Origin: Octopus sinensis
Lineage: Eukaryota
DNA: 64,000 nucleotides
Direction: 5' to 3'
Assembly (NCBI RefSeq): GCF_006345805.1
Contig: NC_043001.1
Location: forward strand, 64,914,001-64,978,000
Shown: piece by piece, positions 38,301 to 47,963 of the stretch
Numbering within the stretch: the first letter of the stretch is position 1
Layout: each line of letters starts with the position of its first letter
Program-made: the position numbers and the translations under genes
Notes under the pieces: generated by a model
The model's input: the letters and a program-made list of their open reading frames with translations, nothing else
Told to the model about the DNA's origin: nothing
Database searches by the model: none

Positions 38301-38761
38301 GAGGAGTCTTTTCTGTTCGGGACAAACTTGCAAGGCACGGTGCCCCGGTCAGCCCGACCTGTGCGAGATGTGGGCGAGACAGGGAAACCGTCTCGCACGC
38401 GATCGTGCAGTGCCCGGAGGTGACAGATATGTGGGTTTTTGCCGAACAACTGATGTCAAGTGGAGGAAGAGTACAGCTATCAGCCGAATCCATTGTGAAA
38501 ATCAGCCCACCTGATTTTTTAACAAAAGAAGGTAAGAATTGTTTTCTCTCTGTGGTATCAACTGCGAAACAGGCAGTATGGAAGACGCGGGTGAAAGGGA
38601 TGCTAACAGGCTACTTCATCTCCGGTTCTGGTCTGGTGGAATACTTGAAATTCCACCTGAAAAGACAAATAGAACTGGAGGGGAGGAGCCTGAGTAAGAA
38701 AGTGTTTGATGAAAGGTGGAAAAATGTGGTGAGTAAAAGGTCCCTCACAAATACGAGATAG
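35372..38761 (+). CDS. Tx1 ORF2, open, 1129 aa (APE-RT-CCHC)
   Basis: All motifs listed for copy 1 are present; uninterrupted ORF. Confidence 0.97.
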   Translation: MSRICVGCVNVRGLMASWKQGRFLNDIRSRDLDVVATETRLKGPKDLLPLFDGYERIISPNPSVGGSGVLVLMKKNRVSEKKLIFADPEGRLVVVDLTFSSRKTIRLVAVYAPNNKGNSEYFRNLEKFLSTSCPLVMLGDYNTICNVRVDCVGSQTDRKGNACFLDLLRRFELVDPYRLEHPDAPLWTWSNSDGSSRSYIDRILIRKVDRNLVKSPQLHIVSYSDHKMVTCKLDVDKINRGPGYWKLNTSLLAIKEYSDRIRLMIQRAITGSIINNKWWYALKRAIRYESIRYSIGLVAREARKETTLVKDLEEAMRTGNAAQVKAKRLVLNQHLEAKHMGCIVRARQRTMGSEGINAARWARVVEAQRGNDATIRSLTNQQGKLTDEPEEMCQAFQDHFAQLFGGGGGPDERRDLTDLLDGLPRLSGQDAECSEKPITPEEVMEAMADCGAGKAPGLDGLPYELYKSMPDLFGDLLADVYANWQQNGFIPRSVRRGVVTLVRKDQSKGDVIDNFRPITLLNAELKILAKVLSNRLAHVANGLIGKAQTCAVPGRTIQDNLHLIRYTIEGMDNDPGKGGAVVHLDQSKAFDRVDHRYLVSVLAQFGLGLGFLRWIIQLYDNVDSVVRVNGFISKPFKVKRSVRQGCPLSPLLYVVALEPLLRKLSGIPRQPGRGMSVSAYADDITIIVTEMDLLRKVGKAIEVYETVTGAKVNREKSVGLQLGTWRGKSMPPDSVVGRWTEGPIKLLGVWFGPGLQIEKNWSEVSSRVTAVVKTWSWRWLSLKGRAEVANVFIASVITYRLAVVPCPDSWLNKLERQLFHFLWKGSKPLVKRSICCQKPLQGGLGMPWLMMRRNALRLRNLWLHLDGERVWSPLAKQMFPRFTSFGAREDWYNRRSKLGTWYTECRKALRLFRRSGNACGSGSTAVFYRRLVEAGNDDTLGETLGFDDNQLASLFQRTFGPKALDNFQKSLAWQCYRGVFSVRDKLARHGAPVSPTCARCGRDRETVSHAIVQCPEVTDMWVFAEQLMSSGGRVQLSAESIVKISPPDFLTKEGKNCFLSVVSTAKQAVWKTRVKGMLTGYFISGSGLVEYLKFHLKRQIELEGRSLSKKVFDERWKNVVSKRSLTNTR

Positions 38762-39461
38762 GCCGAAAAAGAAAAACACAAGGCTAAGTGTCGTGGCGGG
38801 GAGCGTGGGATCCGTGGACCCGCCCCACTGCATTCTGTAATTTTGTAAAACTGTCTATTGTGTAATCATTCGATTTTATTTATCATTCAGATTTTTAGCT
38901 GACCCCAAAAAGCATATAAATGTATTTCATTATTCGTGATTGTATTGTAAGTTCTATGTCGCCCCTAGTGGGTAATTAAGAAATAGAAATTCGGCAAAGA
39001 AATGAATTTTCGGGATGTAGCCTGGAGGGTTTTTTCGTATTAATCGTTTGGACTTTGTGAACACATACCAATTGTTTTCATAACATTTTTAACGCTTTGA
39101 ATTAAATGTGACCATTTTGCGTTGAGTCTGTAGTTTGAATCACTTTAACCAAATTTTATCAGGCTGGATTTTCGATCATCACGATACATCGACAGCGACT
39201 CCCTGAAACTCTCGCCTAAAATCCCCGTTGAGAAATACTGATCTAAAAGAATAATTCAACATTATTTGATCAACAAAAATTTATGAAACGCTTCCCCGTA
39301 CTTCCTATTGAGGAAATGGAACACATAAGCGCAAAAATAGAAGGCATTAAATGCTTGATTTCAAAACCAAAATAATTGAACTTTGATTGAACTTCATCCA
39401 AGTTTAGCTTAATTCGCGCGTGCATAGAAAGCACGAGCGCACGGGCCGGGCAATACTGCTA

Positions 39462-39527
<66 letters not shown>

Positions 39528-39529
39528 CT

Positions 39530-41244
39530 TTATTTTAAGCAGCAGAAAATTCAACAAAATCTGTTACTCTGAGTTTCTCGTTGCCGTTCATCAGACAGTT
39601 TTTGCTAGAATGGAACTTATATATTAATTCAATCTATACTCTTACAAACGCTACACCTTTAAAAGAAATGGACTTGTTTGATTGACCCTTTAGAAAAAAC
39701 GGTCAATCTTCGAGCGATAAACAAAAAGGTCAAAAATATATGTATATATATATAAAAAAACTTATAAAAATTATAAAATCCGAGGAAAAAACCGAGGAAA
39801 AAACCTATTGCCGTTAATGAAGACAGTACAAATTAATGCATAGAAATTAAACCTGTTATAAATACTGCAATACATATTTATATTAAAATCTACATATATA
39901 TATCAACATACACAAAAGGATGCGCGTAAACGCCATACATACATATACAGACGTATGAATATGAATCTAAATATACACATAAAAGCATGTGTACATATAT
40001 TCACTCAAACCGTCTCGCACGCAAGCTAAAATTTCTATGTAGCAATTCTCATATACTGAGCAAGGAGGGGGGAACGAAAGAAAGGGAAAGAGAGAAAAAG
40101 GAACGAAGGAGGGGTGGGGAAAAAACTTGTAACGATGTTATTGGCATCTATAGAGACCAGTATACATACACAAGTTTGAATTGATACATATACATACCGT
40201 CGTGTATATGTGTGCTTAAGCACAAGCATACTTTCACTTACACATACACAGATACGCATGCTTACAAATACATATGCTTTGCTATACACATACTTATATA
40301 AACATTCTAATTTTGACAACATTGCCTTTTTTTTAAAAAAAACATTGCTTTTAAAAAATGGGTGCATTAATAAAAAATATATACGAAAGACATATAAAAT
40401 AAAATATAACATCCTATTTTGGGTCATTTATAAATAATCAAGGTAATATAAATAATCAAGGTAATCCTATGCAATACAATAACATGAAAACAAAGTTTGT
40501 AGGTTTTTCCTAATATATATGTATAAACATAAGACTTTGCTATAAATCCGTCGTAGCGCTCAAGAGTCAAAATCAAAATCAAAAATCAAAAATCAAAAAT
40601 ACAAAATATATACTCTATCCATATGGTATATTTATATTCGACATTTTAAATTTAGCCGCGTGCCTACATAAGTTCATTAACTCACTTCTTTGATTCAAAG
40701 AATTATTGTCTTTGAATAAGATGTGCATTTTCTCTAATAGGCAAAGTCTGCACTTGAAATTATATTTGTAAGCTCCATGCCTGTATGGTGCCGCCCTGTC
40801 CAGAATGCTCCATGTCACGTTGAAAGGTGGGGCTTCCTTTTCTTTTAGTTCCCAGACATATTTTGCTAGGCTGGTTTTCTTCCTATTCTCTGGGTATTTA
40901 AAAGAATTCTTATGAGAATAAAATCTTGTTTTAAATGATTTTCTGAAGCCCCTGTGTATGTCTTGTATTCCGATGAGCCTTCCACTTGCACCTTGGCTCT
41001 ATAAACTACTCCTTTCACTAGACATTTCCCTTCTAACGGACAGGAGCTTTCGTTTTTGAAATTACATTTCTTAATGGGCTCGGCACCATGTCTAATCTCA
41101 ATTAGCTTCCTATTATGTTGGCTAATGTAAGAGGCGAAATTTCTGCAACAAGAATAGCTAACCTTCAGGGTTCTTCTATTAAATATTCTGTAGAATTTAT
41201 GACCCTGCTTAAAATGCTTAGAGACTAATCTCAAAAATTCCTTA

Positions 41245-41247
<3 letters not shown>
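39530..41247 (-). mobile_element. Penelope-like element 3' fragment (GIY-YIG endonuclease plus 3' region) in (TA)n
   Basis: IFNRRTLKVSYSC, CPLEGKCLVKGVVYRA..YTG, WSIL, CRLCLLEK, LNQRSELMNLCRH; bounded by TA microsatellites; hammerhead at the 3' end. Confidence 0.85.
39561..39598 (-). ncRNA. Minimal type I hammerhead ribozyme motif
   Basis: Minus strand reads CTGT-CTGATGA-ACGGCAACGA-GAAA-CTCAGAG-TA-ACAG: stem I CTGT/ACAG, conserved core, GUA cleavage triplet, near-loopless stem III. One A.A mismatch at the base of stem II. Confidence 0.75.
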
Positions 41248-41283
<36 letters not shown>

Positions 41284-41290
41284 TATATAT

Positions 41291-41919
41291 ATCAATATAA
41301 GGGTAACAGAAAAATTCAAGAAAAATTTTTCTGCAACCAGCGGTCAAGTGAGAAAATAGAAATAGTCACAGACTATATAATATATTCAACAAAAGTATTA
41401 AGGAATGACCCTGACAGGTCGTTCGACTCACTTGAAAAGAGCAGCTAAACTCAAAACCGCAAAAATAGTAGTAATTCTGAAACTAGAGGAGAAATAAAAA
41501 CATTTATCCTCTTCAACTTTGTACCCTGCAAGGTTTCAACATCTTTCACGCAATCGAAATTAATTAAATTAAATTGAATCCGTTTACGCTTGGCTTGTCT
41601 CGTCAGCAAAGTCGCCAAAAGAAAAGGAAGATATATATACACGAGGCTACACCATCGAAGCCTCGAGTCTATATATCCTAAATTTTCGAACTTCACCGTA
41701 ATCGCGCCATCTACTCCGCAGCAAATATAAACTGCTGATATAAATTTCAGAATTAGTCAAGAAATCATTTATCAATCAATATAAGGGTAACAGAAAAATT
41801 CAAGAAAAATTTTTCTGCAACCAGCGGTCAAGTGAGAAAATAGAAATAGTCACAGACTATATAATATATTCAACAAAAGTATTAAGGAATGACCCTGACA
41901 GGTCGTTCGACTCACTTGA
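41291..41919. repeat. ~145-bp direct repeat pair
   Basis: ATCAATATAAGGGTAACAG...GTTCGACTCACTTGA at 41291-41435 and 41775-41919. Confidence 0.85.
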
Positions 41920-42409
41920 GTGGTATGACAGTAGCAGGCTGTTAGTGGAGTCTCTTAAATGGTCAAGTGACCTAAAAGTGACCTGTTGTGGTTATGGCGT
42001 TAGTGATTGGAATTGTTCTGAATGAATTCATGGTTAGTGACTATTCTGAATATAACAATCAAAATCCCTCATATTAAATATTTCTTCAGATCTGCTACTA
42101 CCTACCTACTGAGCCTTCACAAAAGTAAAAGAGAGAGAGAGATAGAAAAAAGGAAAATGTCCCACATATTTGAAAACTATGGAAATATTTTTTTAAAAAA
42201 CATTTCATTTAATTTTTCCACATTTTAATTGTTTTACATGCTTTACTCTAAGTTGAAAAAGTTGCAAAGACTGAAACCAGTACTAAAATGTTCTTCATGT
42301 TAAAATTATTTTAGCATTTTCTACCTTGTCTGATTTTCTTTATAATAGCTACTGCAGTACCTTCCTAGAAGTCCTCACATCTATAAGTCACTTGATACAA
42401 TCCCAGATC

Positions 42410-42970
42410 CAGAAGAGGTGGTAAATTATTCAACAGAATTTCTGAATTTATTGGAGCCTCCAGGACTACCTCCTCACAGATTGGAACTGAAAGCAGGAAC
42501 TCTAGTAATGTTATTGAGAAGTTTGGATCCACCAACACTCTGCAATGGGACACACCTAGTGGTAAAGAAGATGATGCCAAATGTTATTGAGGCGACTATT
42601 CTTTCAGAATGTGGAAAAGGGGAGGATGTTTTCATACCCAGAATTTCTCTCATTCCATTGGGAGCAGAAATCCGTTTTTCATTCTGAAAAATGCAATTTC
42701 CTATTCGCATCAGCTTCACAATGTCTATCAATAAATCCCAGGGTCAAACACTATCTGTGGTAGAACTTCACTTGGAAGAGTTATGCTTCTCACATGAGTG
42801 ATTAAATGTTGGCTGCTCAAAAGTAGGAAGCAAAAAAAAATCTATTTGCAGTTGTTCTACAAGGGAAAACAAAGAATATTGTTTACCAAGAGGTTTTGTA
42901 GGAATTACTACATCCTATGATGTGCTCCAGTATCCATTGCTCTTTGTGAATGGTGAAGATGGATACCATT
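42410..42970 (+). mobile_element. Helitron PIF1-helicase C-terminal fragment plus a short Rep-region fragment
   Basis: EFLNLLEPPGLPPHRLELK, MLLRSL..LCNGT, FIPRI, QFPIRISFTMSINKSQGQTL; then YDVLQYPLLF. Confidence 0.88.
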
Positions 42971-43406
42971 TCGGTATGGACTTCAATATCAAAGCATATT
43001 CTCCAATTACTCCTACCAATGATGCTGTAAGCCATTATGCCTTATTTTTTCAAGTAATTCATTACTATATATTCTCATGTGACTGCATAGGCTCAGTTTA
43101 TGTTTCTTTTTCTACAGCCACACCAGCAATCCAATGTCAAACTTTCTGCAACATTTCAGCAGTTCACTTCCCCATTGCCGTCTCCCACTGCAGCTCCTTT
43201 CTGGAGTGTACCCATTTATGTAATATATCTCCATTATCGCTACATTCATTCAACTGTCAACCATACAATGAGTTGTGCTAGATGTAGTGCTGACCACTAC
43301 AAAGGAGAGTATATCCACTGACTGCTTTTCAGTGGATTCAAAAATCACATACATTCCACCCCCAATTTTCCATGACATTTTAGGGCCTGGAATCCTTATG
43401 CATGTA

Positions 43407-43470
<64 letters not shown>

Positions 43471-43531
43471 ATGTAGATATATATATATGTGTGTATATAT
43501 ATACATGTACATACATATATATAGATATATA

Positions 43532-43772
43532 CAGCAATCCCTCTCCATATCATGATTTACCTATCGTACACTGATGATGATGACACTGAGGACATTGCGG
43601 TTCACCTATAGTGTCCTCCACAGATTTTTCTGGTTAATTTATGTAAATCTATATCAAGACTCCTCAGTATATCGTAGGTTTCTGTGGCTGATAGGTATTT
43701 ATATTTTTTAGATTTTAATATTTCTGTGCGAGGTTTTGGAATATGACACCCGTGATAGTCATGGGATTACTG
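43532..43772. mobile_element. Tc1/mariner(pogo)-type MITE
   Basis: TA|CAGCAATCCC...GGGATTACTG|TA, inserted in (TA)n. Confidence 0.6.
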
Positions 43773-43828
<56 letters not shown>

Positions 43829-43973
43829 AAATAGAAAGATGAATTTTCTTGTTACAGATTATTCAAAAGTTTAACCGATACCTGGGTAGCAAAAATCACA
43901 GCAGAAAAACCACGGTTGGAGATAAGACCATTTGGTGTTGCAACTGTGCGTTGGCGCGGATAATTGAAGTTTA

Positions 43974-44422
43974 ATATTATTAGTGAATGGAAGAAATGGA
44001 GTTGAACGGAGATTGTACAGAATTCCTTTTATTACATTCTACACATGTTTCAAAGGCCACAAATGTCCAAATTCTGATTAAATAAGGGTACCATATTGTG
44101 GCTTTCTCTTCAGGAAAAAACAGGAATTCCGTTGACAGAACAAAACAAAACAGAGGCGCAGCAACGCAATTCGAACGAGGACGCTCCTTAAGAGCCCATG
44201 GCTGAACTCTTAGGGAGCGTCCTCGTTCGAATTGCGTTGCTGCGCCTCTGTTTTGTTCTGTCAACGGAATTCCTGTTTTTTCCTGAAGAGAAAGCCACAA
44301 TATGGTACCCTTATTTAATCAGAATTTGGAAATTTGTGGGCTTTGAAACATGTGTAGAATGTAATAAAAGGAATTCTGTACAATCTTCGTTCAACTCCAT
44401 TTCTTCCATTCACTAATAATAT
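43974..44422. repeat. Near-perfect ~450-bp palindrome (foldback MITE)
   Basis: Arms 43974-44194 and 44207-44422 are reverse complements with few mismatches; 12-nt spacer. Confidence 0.92.
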
Positions 44423-45059
44423 ATATATATGGTCAGTTAAGACTTTAAACTTCAACTGCTACTTTCATATTTTTAAGCGTTTGTTTAGATACCTTAATCT
44501 GTTCCCCTTTCGTTTCCCTTCGCTAAAACATGGCGACTTCATGCATTCTTTTAAAGTTTACCGTTTCTTTCAGTGCCATCTTCGTTGTTTATTCCATTAT
44601 CCCTCAAAATATTGACCCTCGTATCATTATCATACCGTATTTATTATTATTTATTTTCATCCTCTCTCTGGCTCTCTTTCATTTATCTAATTATTTTCCC
44701 CTAAATATAATATTCAAACTAGTTGCCTCTATGTTCTCTCTCTCTCTCTCGCTCTCTCTCCCCTCGTGTTCCCCCCCCCCCCACACACACACACACAAAT
44801 CCCTAATTCCCTTAAAAACCTGTGGACGATTGTATCTCTCTCTCATTCACTCCCTTCGCCTCCAGAGAAAAGACGGATTTTCAAAATGGCCAGTTAAGAC
44901 TTTAAACTTCAACTGCTACTTTCATATTTTTAAGCGTTTGTTTAGATACTGTAGCAATATCGTCTCTCATTGCTATCTTCACTGTTTGAGAAGAGTATTA
45001 AGAATGACCTCGGTCGAGATTACAAACAGCTTTGGCTAGTTCAACATTGTTGTAAACAC

Positions 45060-45245
45060 TAATTCGATTGGCTGACACGTTGGTCTCTACTACGCTCGCA
45101 CCGCTGGTTATAACTTGGCGCAAAATGTCTCGACTTATTTTCGCGCCATAGTTCCAAGCAGCCAATCACAGCTTTCCATTTCTGAAGTTCACTGGGAGCA
45201 TGGTGAAGCTTATAAAACAAGGTTTCTCAGAAAAATATCGTCTTA
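45060..45245 (+). promoter_or_regulatory. Pol II-type core promoter in the LTR-like element
   Basis: ATTGG at ~45067, CCAAT at ~45162, TATAAAA at 45211. Confidence 0.6.
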
Positions 45246-45371
45246 GGCTTTTAGTCTTTGAGTGAGTTATTTGGAGTTATTCAGGTGTGATTGTTCTGGT
45301 GTGTTTATTTCAAGTGAAGAGGTGGTGAGTTCGAGTTCTTTGGAGGACGTGGAATAATTTTTTTCCTGAAA

Positions 45372-46685
45372 ATGCAAGAACAGACTTACGCGCGAGCGGC
45401 AGGCAAAGGCCTGGTTGCCGGCGAGCTGGAAATGGAGGAGGTGGTGGTCGAACAGAAGACCCTACAGAAGTATTTCGACAGTTTAAAGAGGGAGGGTGAC
45501 TGCGTAAGAGTCACACCGTCCGAGGAGGAGGAAAGCAGTGCAGAGAAGCGTACTATAACGTACAGGACGTGGTGTGTGGAGTCGGAAAAAATTGAAGTAG
45601 CGGAAATGAAAGAAGTAGAAGAATGTCTGAAGGAAATGAGGGTGAACCCACATTTTTCAAAAGAGGAAGGAAGTATGCCACGGTAGTGGTATATTTTGAA
45701 ACAGAAAATGAGGCAAAAAAGAACGCAACAAGACTTTTGAAATCGGATAAGTGGACTTTGCTACCAAGTTACTGCGGAAGGAGAGCAGTGAGGATGAGAA
45801 TCAATAGAATCTCACCCGAATTTAATATGGAAGGTTGCTGGCAGCAGTGCTGTTTAACTGCAAGGATGATGTGGAAGTACTGAAGGTGGAGAAGTCAGCG
45901 GAGGTGAAATGGTGGGGATATACGGTGCAGGTTCTCGCACACATTACCGTGCGAGACCTGTACAACATCCCAGAGGAGCTGGTCTACCCTGACGAGACGC
46001 GGCTCCGAGTTGTGGTAGAGGGAAGACCCCCAATTTGCTACAATTGTAAATCAAGGGGCCACATGAAGGATATGTGCCCGCGAGAAAAAACTAAAGCACC
46101 GGAGGTTGTGATGGAGGACGCGTGTGTGGAGGAGGCGAAAGCGGAGGAAGTACGATGGAGGAGCGGTTAAGTGAGGAACGAACGAGAGAGTGCAGAAGAG
46201 GAAAAGACGGAGACAGGAAAAGATCAAGGGTGGAATCACCACCGAAAGATCAAAAAAAGAAGAAAATTAAAAGCAAGATAGCAGAAGAGAGAGAAGACAA
46301 AGAACAGGAAGTAAAAGAGAAGGTGAGAGAGCGGCCAAGGACAGAGTTTGAAAAAGAATGGGAGAAAAGAGTGAACGAGCAATGGAATCGTGCAGATATG
46401 GAAGAAGGCCGACAGGAAAAAACTTGAAGCAGTTGTAATGTATATCAAGAATACAGAAGTGGAGAAGAGACTAGTAGGTAAGAAAGGGTGGTCAGGGTGG
46501 AAGGTGAACCAAAGCTGTATGGTGACGACGTGAAAGGCGTCATTATAGACAAAGAGACATATATAAAATTGAAAAAGATGTTTAATGCCATGCACATAAC
46601 GCATTATGTGCGGTATGATAAATTACCAGATGTTATAGAGCATACAGACCTGTTGGATTATATGACGGACGAGCGTCTAATGTAA
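45372..46685 (+). pseudogene. Tx1-type ORF1 (zinc knuckle), several small indels
   Basis: TYARAAG, KREGDCVRVT, RKYATVVVYF, LLPSYCGRR and LRVVVEGRPPICYNCKSRGHMKDMC align to the Tx1 ORF1 at 23144. Confidence 0.85.
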
Positions 46686-46723
46686 AAGAATTGTAAAATT
46701 TAAAGTTGTATTTTGAATATATG

Positions 46724-47140
46724 TGTAGTGATGCTACAGTGTAGGGTTCGGCGCGCATGCGCAGAATGGGACTACTTCCGGGTGGCCACCGGAAGTCTTC
46801 CCCATGCGCATGTGCGGGAAAACATCTCTCGAGCCCGCGAACCTCAAATCTCTCTCTTCGGCTCAAGACAGCACTGCGATCGGTCACGGTTTTCCTGGCT
46901 CTGACAGCCACACACCAGCTTCAACCAACTTCAACCAACCTCAACGACCAACACCAGCAATACATCAGAGGCTGTCTATTCCCCCATCAGACAACGTACA
47001 ACCATGAATCAATAAACCAAGTTGTCTTTCACCTTTAACCTGAGTTTCGTCTGTTTGTTTTCTACAAGAATTTTTGTATGTGACTAGAAAGGATCTCGAC
47101 ACCCTGCCAGTGCTTCGATGATAGATCCTTTCACGTTACA
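46724..47140 (+). repeat. 5' LTR (417 bp)
   Basis: TG...CA ends; the first ~170 bp are repeated at 51394-51564. Confidence 0.9.
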
Positions 47141-47963
47141 ATTGGTGACCCCTAGTTGAAAAAAGAACAGGATAGAAGAAGACACAGCGAACAGGTTTTT
47201 TTGGGGCCGAAGAGCGCGGAAATTCACATTTATTTTCCTATTTTTCTTTTCAGCACGGCGAGGTGGGTCAAATAACCTTATTCATCGCACACAGTACAAA
47301 AAAAAAAAAAAAAGAAAGAAAAAGAAAACACACACACATTCATTTTTTTTCCTTTCTGTATTTTGTTTTCCTTGTACACACTTATTCTTTTTTTTTTTTG
47401 CTACCCACGAGGTGCACACACAAACACAATTTTGAATTGCCTTCTCGGTTCCACGTGTTCTCTCTCCGTTTCTAGACCATACCTTCTGCCCCCTTCTCAC
47501 AGATTCCTTCCGACAAAGGCATGGCTTCAGGTTTGCCTTCATTTACGGGGGATATGGGCTGTGGTTTGCCCAAGTGGAGTGGTATTTTGTTGCACATGCC
47601 ATTTCTCCACAGCAGCAGTTGCACCTGCTATATTCCGGCTTACATCCCCGACTCGCCGCATCGATCAGGGATCTAATAATAAGTCCCCACCCGGATGCCA
47701 CATACGCGTCTTGTGAAAGCAGAAATCCTCCGCCGCAACACACGTTCGGGGGAGGAGAGCAATATTCAGATTGCCACGACGGCCGATGGAATACTGGAAT
47801 TTCGAATCCATCTCCATCGCGAGGCCTCTGTGCATGTATAGGGGCCCTGCGCAAATTTCACTAACGAGCGGATTGATGCGCTCACGCGGCGAATCGACGA
47901 TCTATCCCGTGCGATCGAGCGCCGACAACGCAGTCGTAGTCGCTCTACCAAAAGGGCAGATCG

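Larger units (their letters stand above)
33566..38983 (+). mobile_element. Full-length Tx1-clade LINE, copy 3
   Basis: Same 5' end; 3' GCCCCTAGTGGGTAATTAAGAAA followed by TAGAAATTCGGCAAAGAA (38984-39001), after which Helitron sequence resumes. Confidence 0.95.
22556..39462 (+). mobile_element. Non-autonomous Helitron (~0.82 kb when empty) split by the Tx1 array
   Basis: A|TCTCTATATATAAAACTC start at 22556 (same 5' motif as 5740 and 7604); GC-rich imperfect hairpin then CTGCTAG|T ending at 39462. Confidence 0.7.

Noticed and set aside
25092-38833. Recurrent antisense ORFs within the Tx1 copies
   Set aside because: They recur only because the copies are near-identical; short shadows of ORF2 with no motifs.
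22900-39001. Tx1 array as a simple tandem duplication or assembly repeat
   Set aside because: The copies differ strongly and in mosaic fashion in 5' UTR, ORF1 and 3' UTR, and each has private lesions. Read support is still needed to exclude it fully.
44530-45039. 169-aa and 122-aa hydrophobic ORFs (also 55368-55736) as a membrane protein gene
   Set aside because: They are T-rich translations of the ~460-bp tandem repeat running into microsatellite, with no recognisable domain.
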